From contig NC_092670.1 of the NCBI RefSeq assembly GCF_964355755.1, positions 11,766,795 to 11,830,794 of the forward strand: a stretch of DNA of 64,000 nucleotides, read 5' to 3'. The DNA comes from Antedon mediterranea. Lineage: Eukaryota; Animalia; Echinodermata. The notes under the pieces are model-generated. The model searched no databases, was not told the origin of the DNA, and saw only the letters and a list, made by a program, of their open reading frames with translations. The position numbers were made by a program, and so were the translations under genes. Shown here piece after piece: positions 12,592 through 26,172 of the stretch. Position 1 is the first letter of the stretch, and each line of letters opens with the position of its first letter.

Positions 12592-14899
12592 TCAATGTTT
12601 TACCAAATACAGTACCAAATTGTTCATGAGTTTGTTCGAACCCACGGCGTTACTTATTTTTCGCAATTCCATTTTAAGATGTATGTTAATCGGCCTGCTA
12701 CTCTGTTTAAATTCTATTATACGATGTAGGCCTACCTTTTCTGTTTCATATCTAATACGATTTTATCTCTTAGTGTACACGAGACAAAGAACAAGAGACA
12801 AAGACAAAAAAAAAACAATTTATAAAGCTTTTTTGACGGACTGTCGAATACGGGTTCATATTCGATGGTTGAAATCACAACTACGCATGCGCTCAACAAT
12901 AAAAATACAATACATAAACAACGCGCGCGTAGAAACATCAAACAGGTAATACGGGATATATTACCCTTCTGATCCGCTTGACTGAGTAAATGGGCGTAAT
13001 ACGGAATTATATCTCATACATAATTATTGACCAATCGGATTACAGAATTCACGTACACTAAGAGATAGAATATATATGGCTTTTGACCAGATTGTGACAA
13101 TGATCCCTTTTGATAATTAAAAAAAAACCACGTTTTACATATTGCAATTTTATTCCGTAAAAAAAAAGCGACAAAAGCGCTGTATACCTTGAAAACGCGG
13201 CCAAATTGTGCAAAAATCCCCATTTTCCAGCGTGTTTTTTAGTTCTCTCCACTAATAATCGTCGGATGTATCTGATTCAAACGGTAAAATGTTTAGAAAT
13301 GAAAGCTTCATATTATTTCATTAATCACATCACTTAAATATGTGTTATCTCATCGGAAATCACAATGTTGCTACCTTTTACAGTGTAGCCACCCATACTT
13401 CGACGCGTAGAGTCCATGCACTTAAAAAAAAATTATATTGCGTGTCCGCCGTCGAGAGGGACTAGCAGGTCTTCAACCCGATTGTAAATTGGCTATACAA
13501 ATATCACATCTAATTATACATTTAAAATCACATATCATTTTAAAGTCCAAATATTGAGGAAACTAAAAAGTCTAATTTTGTTTTATATAATTAAACAAAA
13601 CATGATATTTAATTGGAAAAATAATTGGGTGTCCATGTAAATTTGACTAGCGCAGCGAGACAGATCCACACGGTTTACACACATATGCCTGGTAACTTTC
13701 ATTATATCAGATTGTAATCGTAACACAAGTAGTGCAGATAGGGTTTTGTGTAACAACGGTTATCACATATTTACCATTTGTACAGTATATTATGCATTAG
13801 CATTGCTTTACTCTACTATTAAACTTGTGTTTGAATTATCTGATCCCGTGTTCATGACACCGCTATAATGTGACTATCCTATCAATAATGTACACTGTAA
13901 AAAAAAAACTGTTAAATTTACAATTTTTTGACTGTAAAAAATTACATCCGACGACCGTTTTTACTAATTACAGTCGTTTACTGTTAATTTCCGCCTTTTT
14001 ACAACTATTTACTGTAAGTAATAATTTTTTGTACCAATTCGTTGGTGGCGCTGTAATTAAATTAATCTGAGCATGCGTCGTCTGTGTTCAGATTTGAAAT
14101 TTACCCGGGCCCCCGCGCGGGTCGCGATTTTTTTTTTCGTACATAAGTTGGGGACCCCTCATGAAACGTCACAAAATAAACATGAATAATTCATCAGTTA
14201 AATGTTCTTGTTCCGTGTGCACCCAAGCGTATAGCAACAAGAAGTGATTACACAAGACTAGTGCGGTGGTACGATTCTAGGCCTATCTCCGCGCTGTTGT
14301 TGCGGCGTGCGATTTCATAGAAGAATAGCGGCGTTTTGTGTGGATTGTTGTCGAAATAATTAGCCTTTAGTTTATGATAGTGTTTTTAATATAATTTATT
14401 ACTAAAGAATTACGTGTTAAAATTATAGTTTCTATTAATACTATTAGGCCTAGGCCTAATTATTAGTCTCTAAACATATGTCTATTCTAGTAGAGCTGTG
14501 TGTGTGTGTGTGTGTGTTAGGTATGACACAATCCGAGTAATAAGTCAGCAAAATTAAACAATAAACATTACACAAAAATACAGTTTTTATTCTCGTGGGT
14601 CTAATCTTCCCATCTCATGTGTTCATAAAATACGCGCATTTTTAAAGTTCCTTTGAGTACATGCATTGTTTGATAATAAAATAGCAGAATTAAAAAAAAT
14701 ACAGTACACAAATTATACACATTCTTTATTCTTGTGGGTCTAAGCTTTCTTTGGGCTATGTCCAATGAATTAGGCTACTTAGTTTAATGTCTTGCCTAGC
14801 TGTCGATTAGCCTCGACTCGACACATTTTGTGTGAAGAAGAGTGCGCGAAGGCAATCGCGTGAAGAATCCTAGGCCAACTGTAGAAAGTATCGTATCGG

Positions 14900-16921
14900 G
14901 TAGTAACAAAGTGCGAGGCAGCGAAGCAGGGGAAGGCATGCGAGGCAAGTCAGAAATTTATGCGAGGCATCGTTTTACCATCATCAAAAAATGCGAGGCA
15001 TCATTTTATCATTTCTCAAAATTGCAAGGCAGGTAATCACCGAAATTGAAGTAGCCTAGGCCTAGGCCCGCTAGGCTAGTTTCCTTTTGCACCTGCCTTG
15101 TATTTTAACCAACTTTATCCTGAATACCACAGCTTAGAATTAGTAGGCCTACTTTAATGAAGAAAAATCACATAAAAGTAACAATAAATCCATTAAATTG
15201 GTGATTTTACAGACGTTGTTTTTCTCGCATTTCGCACACTCAATGTTCAATATTTTGGTTTCTATGGAACGCCAAAAGAGCAAAATTAATTAGAGGGCTA
15301 AAAACTCTGTGGAATCCATTTATATTTAACGCATTATTTGGTGAAAATCAAGTACAATTTCAATAGATTTTGTCACTGTCAGTAAGGAAAAATGTTACTG
15401 TTGATAATGTACACGGTTTCGTTAACCTTTTAAAGAATAAAATAGAAAAATTCATCATAATATCCTTAGTAGGATGTCCTAGGTCTAGACTAGGTAGTGA
15501 TGTTGATTTAGGATCGATTATTATTCTTTGAAGAAAACAGAACAGTATCAGCAGTAACATATTACAACATTTTTATTGACAAATTAACAAATATATTGAA
15601 ATAAAACGTGTTTTTCACCAATAAATGCATGAGAAATTGACGCATTCTACTGAGTTTTAGTCCTCTATTATCGTTGCTCTTTTGGCGCTCCATAGAAACA
15701 AAAATATTGAACATTGAATAAGTGAAATTCGCGAACAGTGTGCGAGAAACACGCCTGTAAAATCATTAATTTAAGGATTTATTTGTTACTTTTTATGTGA
15801 TTCTTTCATTAAAGTACTCATGAGGTATACTTCTAAGGTATTCACACGATAAAGTTAGTTATCAAATTTGGAGTAAAAATACAAGCGAAGGAAACTAGCG
15901 CCACGTTTATTAGTACGTACATGGACAACAATAAATAAAAATCGTTCGTAATATACTTAGCTTACTAAAACAGGAATAGTGTATCATTATTAAATATTAC
16001 ACCAATTATTATTATATCAAAATTGATTAAATTATTTTCTACATAGGCCTCTTATCTAGGTTAGGGCTAAGCATAATAAAAATTATTAGCTAAAGTTTAA
16101 TTTTAGGCCTAGTATTACAATTGTCGGACGTAAGTCTTTTTTCAAAGGCGCTCCAGAATTCTGTCGCAATTTTTTTCTTTGCGGCATGTTATTGGATCGG
16201 CATATCAGTTACCTTTTATTCACCGCCAGTTATTGAACTTGTCCTGGCAATCGCTGTTCACCTTATTTGCGAGAGAGGTACACGTGTTGTTCCTAGAGAA
16301 TGGAATGTCAAAAATGTCTTTGGCACGCCGCTCAGAGAGAAGTCTGTGCGTTGCTGCTGAAACCACGTGCTATAGTAGGGGAATGCACCACAATCCTCTG
16401 AGCTGAGGGCTGAATCATTCCGCTACCTGCTAATAGTAAAGAGGGATTTTCCATCTCTCGGGTCTACCGGATCTAGGCGCAGGGGTGTGACAAAATATTA
16501 TTTTCACTCTGCTATGTTCGAGAGACATGTGAGTGAACACGCTCGAAATGCCAACAAACATTGCAGTCATTTGATGAGTGTGTCGCTATAACAATTATTG
16601 TTTATCGAAAGTTGAAGACTGTCGTTCAGATTTTTTAACCGTAGTTTGGGCACTTTTGTAAAAGTAAAATTTGACACGATATGACTTGAATGAAAAAACA
16701 ATCGTTACATAAAAATAAACAACATGATGAGTGTATACACGAATCTATTTAGATACGCTTGTATCGATTGATTATTAGGCCTATAATATAGCATACATTT
16801 AGCACGTTAAGATATGCCTCGCACCGTTTTGAAATTGTAAACTATATGCCTCGCACTTTTGGAAATGATAAAATGATGCCTCGCACAAATATTTGGCATG
16901 CCTCGCACTTTGTCAACACTC
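14900..16921. mobile_element. Nested foldback-like element with TGCGAGGCA subterminal repeats and an inner long inverted repeat
   Basis: tgcgaggca x4 at 14912-15000 mirrors tgcctcgca x4 at 16815-16907. Inner imperfect IR ~15075-15340 vs ~15620-15900. Confidence 0.6.
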
Positions 16922-17768
16922 TAAATGTAGGCCTATATTATGTTAAAACTGTTAAAGAGAGCCAGGCTAGGCTTGACTTACTCTCAGACTCTGGCCTGAC
17001 ATAGCCTACTGTACACAATACAGGCCTGCCTAAAAAGCCTCTAGCTAGACCAGGACTCAGCAGTCAGGAGGTAGGCCTAGGCTAGGCCGTACAGTACAAA
17101 ATACAAATGCTTGGCTAGTAGTAGGCCTAGCTAGGTCTTGTTGTTGATGAAAGTGAAAGGGAGCCGTAGTAGTAGTAGTAGACCTATAGGATCCCGACCT
17201 ATATAGGCCACCATGTTAAATACGGTATACTTTCACTGTTCAGGAATTTAACATTATTCAATAAAGTAATTAAAATGTACTTTTCTATTTAATTAACCTA
17301 TAGTATATTAAATATTATTATTCCACCATAAATTGTATACAAGTAGGCCTAGGCCTGCCTAGTATCTTTTCAGGAATTGACATTATTTATAGTTATTAAT
17401 TATTAAATAACAATAATTATGCCTATTAACTACTATATAGGGCCTACAGTAGCTAGGCCTACATACAACTTTTTTTTTAATGTAATTGGGACCGGCGGCC
17501 CCTCCCGCCCTGGGTTGGTTAGTGCCTACTAGCCGAGCTAGGATTCACTAGTCCAGACTATGATGCCCACCCAGTAGTAGTAGTAGAGTATGTTAAAGTG
17601 TTGCAAACTTTAAATGAAAAGGAGAAAGAAAGCCAGTCCTTGCATTGTTTATTTTGGCATTGAAACATCTTGAGAATAAGGTTCTCTTTTTTTAGACTTC
17701 TTCTTGTATCAAATAAAAGTGTGCTTGTTATGTTGTAAAAAATTATTAGGTTTTTTCTTAATTTACAG

Positions 17769-18356
17769 AGGAAATTTTAACAACATCAAAGTGGATGCTG
17801 GCTGTTGTGGCCATGTTGTATTAATAATAACATTGTTACGTGTGTGTGTGTCTGGATTAGAAATGCTGTTCGCTGCATACTACTGTTTTGGAATCCAGTA
17901 TAATGCTGAGATGTTGCAGCTACGATGGATTTTTTCAAAGGTATGTTTTGCATACTTATTGTATAGTTTCACTGGCTTTTATGCTGCTACTGGCTTGAAT
18001 TTGAACATCTACAGTAGTGTTTTTAATTATTTTTAGACCAAATGTAATATAACACTTGGTGATATTAATGTGTCTTTCATTTGAAAGTGACTATAAAAGC
18101 AAGCTTTTTAACAGTTCACAACTATAAATATTAGAATGCTTTATTTTTTTTCCTAATAAAATGCAATTTGCTTATTCTTTTCCAGTATCAAATTTATGAT
18201 AAACTACATTATTTTGTTTCTTTCAGATGCTTTATGCTAATGAATCCTGACAAAGGTTCAAAATCAGCAGTCAGAAAAAATAAGAAGAATTATTCAATAC
18301 ATCCTAAGGTTCTCACCATAATCAACAAAATGAGTGACCTGGAATGGACTACATAA
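17769..18356 (+). pseudogene. Two-exon C-terminal remnant of an EnSpm-type accessory gene (exons 17769-17940 and 18227-18356)
   Basis: AG/GT-bounded exons encode GLEMLFAAYYCFGIQY and CFMLMNPDKGSK...IHPKVLTIINKMSDLEW*. This resembles from memory the second-ORF C-terminus of animal EnSpm elements. A frameshift is apparent before the donor. Confidence 0.6.
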
Positions 18357-20554
18357 AAAGTAGGTGGTTTAAATATTTATTTTGAATTTAATCATGATTT
18401 ATTTTGAGATTTAAAATGACTTAATTTGGGTAAAAATTACAACAATCTGGCTCAGCCCATTTACACTTTCTTTTAATTAATTAAAATTGATTGTTTGTAG
18501 AACCCCTAGCAAAGGTACATTTATCAGTGTTTGCATACATAGAAACCGTATTTATTCAAAGAAATGTTCAGAAGGGAAGGAGGGACATTTATTTTTAGGG
18601 TGTAAAATGGTAACATATATTTAGTCAAAATCTAACACCCCTTCAATTTAAAACCTACAATACAAGTAATATTAGGATATGATAAATACAGTACATACTG
18701 TATTTTTTAAATTTTTAAATTGTAGATCATTTGCAGTTAATATAACTACCAAGAAATGTGTAATAACCCTGGCTATAAAAGTATTGTGTGTATTATATAG
18801 CTTTAAAGCAACTAAAGTGTTCATGTTATTTTTACAACACTGCAAGCCGGCCATGGGTGTGAGTTACCTGTGCTTTATTGTAGTAAGCACTTTTGATTTG
18901 CTCGAACAACAATACGCTTATGATTATAATTATACAGTTTAAATAATTATAATTAACCTTGAATTGAAGCTAACATTTCATTACAGTTGTATCGCCTGAT
19001 TCATCTGTAATATATGTTGTGGAATAATTAATATTTAATTTTATTTATAATATATTTTTATAATTTTGACAGGCATGTTCATCAAGCAACATGACAATGA
19101 GCATTGACTTGCCAGGATAGGCTCCTGGACTTTGATCTTTGACGATGCAGGCCACTGTTGTTTTTTTTTAAATCAATAATAATCTTTTTGCAATTCATAA
19201 TCAAATTTAAGTACATTTCATTACATTTATACATTAATTTAAAGAAAACTAGAATTTGTTTAGTTTTTATACAACAGACAGACAAAAAGTACAAATCTAT
19301 TACGTGTAACAATAAAATTTGGTTTGTAATATGTGATTTAGGACTTTATCCTGTAATCTGGTAATAGAATCGTAGAATGTGTAATAAATAGTGTACCTTG
19401 TTAACCATAACAATGCTTTGCTTTATTCATTTCAGTCTTACATAGTAATGTGAAAATACAAAGTGTTGTACATTTCGGAGTAAAAATCTAAATATTGCTA
19501 TCGTAGATGAAAAACTTGTTTCCTGATGCACTGTATGTGACTCATCTGTATACAAAGAAAAGAAAACATTGAAAAATTTACGGTAAAAGGCTGGCAGCAG
19601 TTTTGCCAAGGAAAAACCGTAAAATACATGGTTATTTTTGGAAAACCGTAAATTCTTTAACAGTTCACTGTAATTTAATTTACGGGAAACTGTTTTAATA
19701 CAGTCTACTGTAAATTATTTTAAATTTCAATGTAATTTTGTTTACAAAATCCTGTAAATTGAAAATTTTTTTTACAGTATATTGTAGAACAAAATACAAT
19801 TAACCGTAAAATAAATTACAAACAAATGTTAGTTTTGCGGTTTTTGACCGTTACACAATTTACAGTTTAACCGTAAATTTTACGGGTTTTCCTTGGCAAA
19901 ACTGCTGCCAGCTTTTTACCGTAAATTTAACAATTTTTTTTTACAGTGTAAGCGTCCAAATCTTCAAGCGGTAAACAACTGCGTACGAAGTCTGCAGTGA
20001 AATTACTGTAGCGTGAAAGCTGCGAACACTGCAGTTTGTGCACTGAATTAAACTGTATAGTGTACCTCTTATTAAGCTAGGGATTATCATACAGTTTACT
20101 AAATATTTAGGGCTAATCATTGGTTGCGGTGTTAAAATTCCTGGAAACATTTGTGTGAACAAAACTAGATCGAATTGCTGTCATGAGTACTGATTTGTTG
20201 GGCCGTGATTTCAGACGCCTAAGTTATCTATCTAGACTTATTTTTTCGAATAAATGTACGTACCTATCAGATACACTTGTCTTGTGTCGTATAACAAATA
20301 AATACTGTAATAGTTACTGAAGTTACTATTACAACCTCGTCAATAAAAAAACAAATATGTACTGTATATGTTTATTCACCTATTTTTGAAAACGCATACT
20401 ATAAAGTTTCCTTTGTCTATAAAATGACGTAATCATCATAATGCACATTGTTTACAGGAGTAATTAAAAACCAAATTGTAGTTGGAGAAAAGAAACTACG
20501 AAGCATGTTTATGTTATGTTGTGTGCCGTTATGTTTTCACCATTGACAGCCATT

Positions 20555-20691
20555 GGAGTAGAGCTGTATCATAGAGGTTGGTGTTTGCCTTCCAATCCTA
20601 AGGTCCGGGGTTCAATCCTGATTTAGTGCCGCCATATATGGTTATAACTCACACTCTTTCACTCCCTAAGCCTCAAATGAGACATAGTTTA
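20555..20691 (+). mobile_element. tRNA-derived SINE
   Basis: A-box-like gagctgtatcatagaggttgg, anticodon-like gccTTCCaa, B-box ggttcaatcc (20609-20618). Body is shared with 61678-61815. Confidence 0.7.
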
Positions 20692-20874
20692 ACTGAATGA
20701 TGCTTATTATATACTCTACGATAATTGATTTTTTTTTTTTTTCTATTCTTGTTTACGTAACCATGTATATATACCATATATATACCAATATCACCAACGA
20801 CAGCAACCAATGTTATATGATTTAGCACATTGTAAGGAATACGAAATGACCTATTACACTATCCTTGGCCCAGG

Positions 20875-21086
20875 CAGAACCCTCTAAAGTTTAACTAGAG
20901 ACTCCCCTTACCATAAGTATACCATATGTAACCTTAGATATTGTAGATACCATCAGCAACCAACCTGTAATGAATATGAAATGGCCTATATAGACAACCA
21001 CTGCCTTGGTTGCTGGTGGTATCTACAATATCTAATCTATGCCAGTTGGGGGAAGGGGGTCTCCAGTCAAACTTTAGGGTGTCTGG
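20875..21086. repeat. Imperfect inverted repeat / MITE-like hairpin
   Basis: tagatattgtagataccatcagcaaccaa vs ttggttgctggtggtatctacaatatcta, and ctaaagtttaactagagactcccctt vs aagggggtctccagtcaaactttag. Confidence 0.65.
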
Positions 21087-21704
21087 CACTTGCGGTGCAG
21101 CAGACAATTAGTCTGTCGTTACCCATTTAGTATTGTATGAACACAACTTGTTCATTTGGCATTAATTTTGAGTGGTACCTTACTATTCTATGCTAACCCC
21201 ATTTTTAGGCCCTCCCTCGGCGGGTCTGACGGGCATTGCAGCAGACAAAATGTCTGTCGCTGGTGGTATTGGTATAAGGATGTCAATGGGCATCCCATGA
21301 TAGTGAAATTAGGTGGTATCTCTGTCATCTAAAAAAATGTTAATTCCACAAGCACATAAACAAAATAAAAGTAATAGAAAACGTAAAAGACAGTTGATAA
21401 TGATGACACACAAATCGAAAATACGATGTGGATGTATATAAATGCTTATAAATACTATCTAATTCAATTTGAGCGTATTTATTTGGGCCACTTCCTTGAA
21501 AGTTGGTAAAGAGATGGAAACTTACGAATGGCCATTTGGTGGTCCCTGGACCTTAATTGACATACTTTATTTTAATGTACTCCCAATGCTAAACAAATTA
21601 ATCTCGGTGACTGAGGGTCGAGAAACGGTAGGGATTAATATTAATTTTATTTTATAATTTATCTCATCTTCATAACTTTCTTTCTCTTTAGGAAACTTAT
21701 GCTT

Positions 21705-21818
21705 AACAGAGTCTTATTACAAGTCTTTGGGAGTGGAGTTGTAATTTGTCATTAGAAAAAATCCTGACATATGACAGGACTTGAACCCAGGGCCCTTGAA
21801 TTGGTAGCCACAACTCCA
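21705..21818 (-). mobile_element. Diverged tRNA-derived SINE copy
   Basis: Reverse B-box ggacttgaacc at ~21777, and gggagtggagttg shared with the 61678-61815 copy. Confidence 0.5.
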
Positions 21819-22709
21819 TCAATTCTATAATATATAATATTCTATAATAATTCCTGGATGTCGAAAAGGTTTAGTTAGTCTCTGTCCGAAATTAAGTGCA
21901 GAAAATACGGTAAACTATAACTGTACACACAGCATATATACAATTCACATGCTTAATAAGAGACACCGTAGATGCATACATACAGTATAGTTCTATTGCA
22001 ATATTTATTCATACAATATTCACACATGCTTAATAAGTGTCAAGCTTCCTCGTCCTGGTGGCCCCGTTATTGGAATATTAGAACTGTTCTTGTAATTAGG
22101 CCTATGGCAACAAAATGTTATTTGTGGTACATTGTATAAGTTTAGATTTTGAATTATTTTCAAATGTTTATAACTGACTAAGATCGGTTGGGACGGCTGA
22201 CGACCTATAATACTAAATCACTGGTCGGTTGCTCGATACGAATGTTATAATTAGGTACTGTCCCACCCTAAAATTATTTAATTGTTGTAAGACAATGACG
22301 TGTGCGATACCATGCAAATAAACACAATTGTATATTTTGTTGATATTTGATTCAAAGTTTCAACTTAGGGGTGATGATTGTCGTCAATTTGTTGCTACTC
22401 ACGCCGAATGAACTAGAAGTGTGAATAATCTCGTTCTAAACATATAGAGTAATATAATGTAGAAATAACATACCTTTTATCTGCTAACCAATTGAACATA
22501 AAATCACTATAAAGTAAAACGATTAAATCCAAATAATTGTATTTGAAAGTAGCCTGGGTAGCGTTTGTAAACTTGAATAACACTGTAAACTTACATGTAA
22601 CATAGAACTAAACTTGACTTGAACAATCTTGAGACAGGATAATATCCGCTAATAACCTCTGACTTGGACGAGATGGTAGCAGCAACTGTAAACTTACATA
22701 GAACTAGGC

Positions 22710-23669
22710 TAGACTTGCCCCAAGTCTGTATTTATTGTCTTTTTTTTTATTTATTTGTTTTTATTTCGACCGCGATTTTTGTCTGAAAATACAGACTTGT
22801 GAAACACGTATAGAAATCGATTTGCAAACCGCAAACATCCAATAAGAATGACGTGGTTATCATACCGTATTTGGCTATATGGGGCGGGCGGTATGTAAAT
22901 ATGGATTTCGAATCAACCAATGATCATTTTGTTTCAAAATGAAAAAGATCGAGTACGTACGTACAGTATGCTGAATGTACGATGAGACTGAACAACTGTT
23001 GAAATATAAAATCGTGTTGCCAAGTTGTTTTGTTTATTAATTGTTTAGTCCTGGCCTAGGCCTCCTTCGTAGGGCTACTCAACTCGTACGTATGACCTTC
23101 CAAATAAAACGCCAATAAGGTAGGCCTACATACCACCACCGACCGGCACACAACAGGCTACACCACCACACAGAACAGGACAGGGTCTGGGTGGGAATTA
23201 AATCTAATTTTTTTCGCATAATAAATGATCCATTCAATGTTTGATTTGGCGGAGAAGCTAGCCTATCATATCAAGACGAGTTTTCATGTTCTTGGGAAAA
23301 ATCTCATCAAATGTTTACCAGACTACTAGGCATATAAAATCATTTTTAGCCTTCGGAAACTTTCATCAATGTACCCGGCCAAGTACACATTGTCTAAACG
23401 TAACATAGCGCATGCGCATCGTCTTAGACGTTGAGTCTTTGAAATTCTGAAATATGAATATTAAAACGATGTACGAGTGAGTAGCCAATGGCATGCGGCT
23501 GAAACTAGTCAACTGGATAATTTATGCACCAAGAATTCTTGGTGTCAAACCACGTGACTTATGCGTGTTTCCCCAGACGGAGTATCCAAACTCAAGTAAT
23601 ACACGTATGAAACGCCATATGTGCAAAAATATTTATATTTTTACAAAACTCCGTCTGGAGCCCAGACTA
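22710..23669. mobile_element. TAG...CTA-terminated non-autonomous DNA element inserted in a local tandem repeat (22583-23821)
   Basis: Flanked by direct repeat agaactaggc (22700-22709 and 23670-23679), with imperfect termini tagactt.../...cagacta. The host repeat aaacttgacttgaacaatcttgagacaggataatatcc occurs three times. Confidence 0.5.
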
Positions 23670-25275
23670 AGAACTAGGCCTAAACTTGACTTGAACAATC
23701 TTGAGACAGGATAATATCCACTAATAACACGATGGTAGCAGCAACTGTAAACTTACATAGAACTAAACTTGACTTGAACAATCTTGAGACAGGATAATAT
23801 CCGCTAATAACCTCTGACTTGAAGGTCGTGTTTATACAACACCCTAAATTTGAACATGGCTTTAATTTTTAGCGTGTTGTTGGGACCGAGGTCAACCCAC
23901 CTTAACGTTTGCTGTTGTTTACTGTACTATACACTAGAAATCACGATACCGTGTTGTACCGGAAGTTTCATCAACACACAGTGCATGCTAGGATAAAAGG
24001 TCAAATCGTTGATCGCTTGAATTGGCGGAGTTGTCAACAATCATCGTCGCCTCCTCGCTGTCCGATGTATTCGCGCGGTTTTTACCATTTTCATTATTGT
24101 ATTCGTTCACGTTTGCATTGTGTTAATTTTGTTCTCGGTTCATTTAATAAAAGTTATTTTAAGGGTTTCATTGTTTCATCTATACACTATGGAAGAAGAT
24201 GCCATTTTTGCGATGTTATTTTTTCTTCTGTTTGGAGTTGGAAATGATAGAGGCCTACTACCACTACGAACGAGTTGGCCCTGTCACGCCAAATGAGGTA
24301 CCACTGCCAAATGAGGTACCGCACTTAATTTGGCGTCTAAGGCGCCAAATTAGGTACTATTGCAAAATGAAGTTCTATTGTAATTTTGTAAAATACAGTT
24401 TATATAAAACAAACATATTTGAGCCAGTATTAAACTACAATATGTATTCTGTGTTGTTACGCCTGTTATTAGATCAAGCTATTACATTAAATTAATATAA
24501 AGCAGAAAATAGTTATCCTTTTTTGATTTTCGTCGAATAGATCGAAGCGGAAGTGCTTCGGTCATGGTCCGCAAATTATATGATACGCCTTGAAGTGTGC
24601 CAAAATGTTTTTACTACTTTTAGTTGAATCACCGCGTGTACAGTTAAAACCAATAGATTGTGCTGCAGTGCAGATTGTCTGTACAGTAATGTGGGCTGTC
24701 TGCTTGGGGGTCTGTCTATCAAGGTACAACATTTCGACGAAGCCAATTTAATATTTTCATTTTGTTTTAATATCTGTAGAATGCGTCGTCATTTATTCTG
24801 AAGCTAATACTGTAGGCCTATATACCGTAATCAGGCGGTATTATTAAGGCTAGCTCACGTACAGCAGAATTCACGTAGAATTAGGGTGTGTAGAAAGCGA
24901 CGACCTCGAATTGGACGACCCGGGCGACCTAGAATTGGACGACCTAGAATTGGACGACCCATAACACGAAACCGACGACCCCTATAATAGCCTAGCCTAG
25001 CCTAGGCCTAAGTATGGTATAACATCCCGAAGCCGAACATAACCAAAGATCTTTAAACCATACCTTATATAATACTCGCAAGCAAGCAATTGATTGAAAA
25101 AATACAGAAATATCGCCATTTGATACTGAATGTGCCGACACGAACAAACGAACAGATATGGAACGCCAAGAGTGCATCATTAAAACTGCATTCGACTCGA
25201 TTAGCACACGAAATATCATAAACATGGCAACCTTTTCCAGCGGCAGGTAAGGCTATTTTACCTCCATGGTTTGAC

Positions 25276-25309
25276 CATGGAGGTATAAAAATATTTTTAT
25301 ACCTCCATG
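25276..25309. mobile_element. 34-bp perfect palindrome with CAT...ATG ends and 7-bp TSD (P-superfamily footprint or minimal MITE)
   Basis: gtttgac|catggaggtataaaaatatttttatacctccatg|gtttgac. Confidence 0.75.
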
Positions 25310-25369
25310 GTTTGACCGTATACAATGCATGTGTGAAATGTAAAGCTTTCTTATGGCCCTCCCCATGCA

Positions 25370-26172
25370 GGATTAGGCCAAGTTGAGCCGCCGACAAGTT
25401 GAGGCGCCGCCAGAAAAACGTTATTTTCTATGAAACGCCAAATGCTTACTTTCGCCGGTGCTCGTTTCTAATTAATAGAAGTTCTATTTATATTAATTAT
25501 TAGATATAACGATGTATATTCCAAAGTTTATATATCACGGTTTTTAGTATATATTATTAGATATTATAATTAAAGAGAAATAATTATGAATATCTGACTT
25601 GTAAATTCCAAAATATAAGGCCTAAAACATGACCGAAAATGATCGTTTTTAGCCAAAAATGACGTAAACATGTTGCCCCCTCAGGCGGCAGTTGAATTGA
25701 AGTAAAATAATTGCATAAAATCACCGTTTTTTAGTAAAATATTTTGTGTATTAACATTGTAAAATTCAATAAAATATGATATTAAAAGATAGTAAATAAA
25801 AAATAATAATTATTTAACCTCATTCGAAGAATATCAATACTCTATTAGTCCTGAGAGACAACGTGATTTTACGTGGTAGGCATACACGCGAGAAAAATAT
25901 TATGGAGTGCACTGCACTGTTTTACCTTGAAAGATTAAAAACAATTAAATTATTAAATATGACTACTTTCCTTTGCTGTTTCAAACCAACAAAATTGTAG
26001 TATGTAATTGTTATTTATTTTCATGACACAATAAACCTAAAGACCATGAACTTATGTAGGGCCTACTAGGACACCACTCTATCACTACGCGAAATGTCGT
26101 AAAAGACGCACTGGCCGTTTCATAGAAATTACCGGCGGCTCAACTTGTCGGCGGCCCAACCGGTCATATCCC
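25370..26172. mobile_element. Nested MULE-like MITE
   Basis: 9-bp TSD ccccatgca (25361-25369, 26173-26181). TIR core gttgagccgccgacaagttgag vs ctcaacttgtcggcggcccaac. Confidence 0.75.

Larger units (their letters stand above)
13893..19948 (+). mobile_element. Non-autonomous CMC/EnSpm-type DNA transposon with nested insertions
   Basis: TA|CACTGTAAAAAAAAAActgttaaatttac ... gtaaatttaacaatTTTTTTTTACAGTG|TA, giving a ~28-bp TIR and 2-bp TA TSD. Subterminal tttac/gtaaa repeats and an accessory-gene remnant lie inside. Confidence 0.75.
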
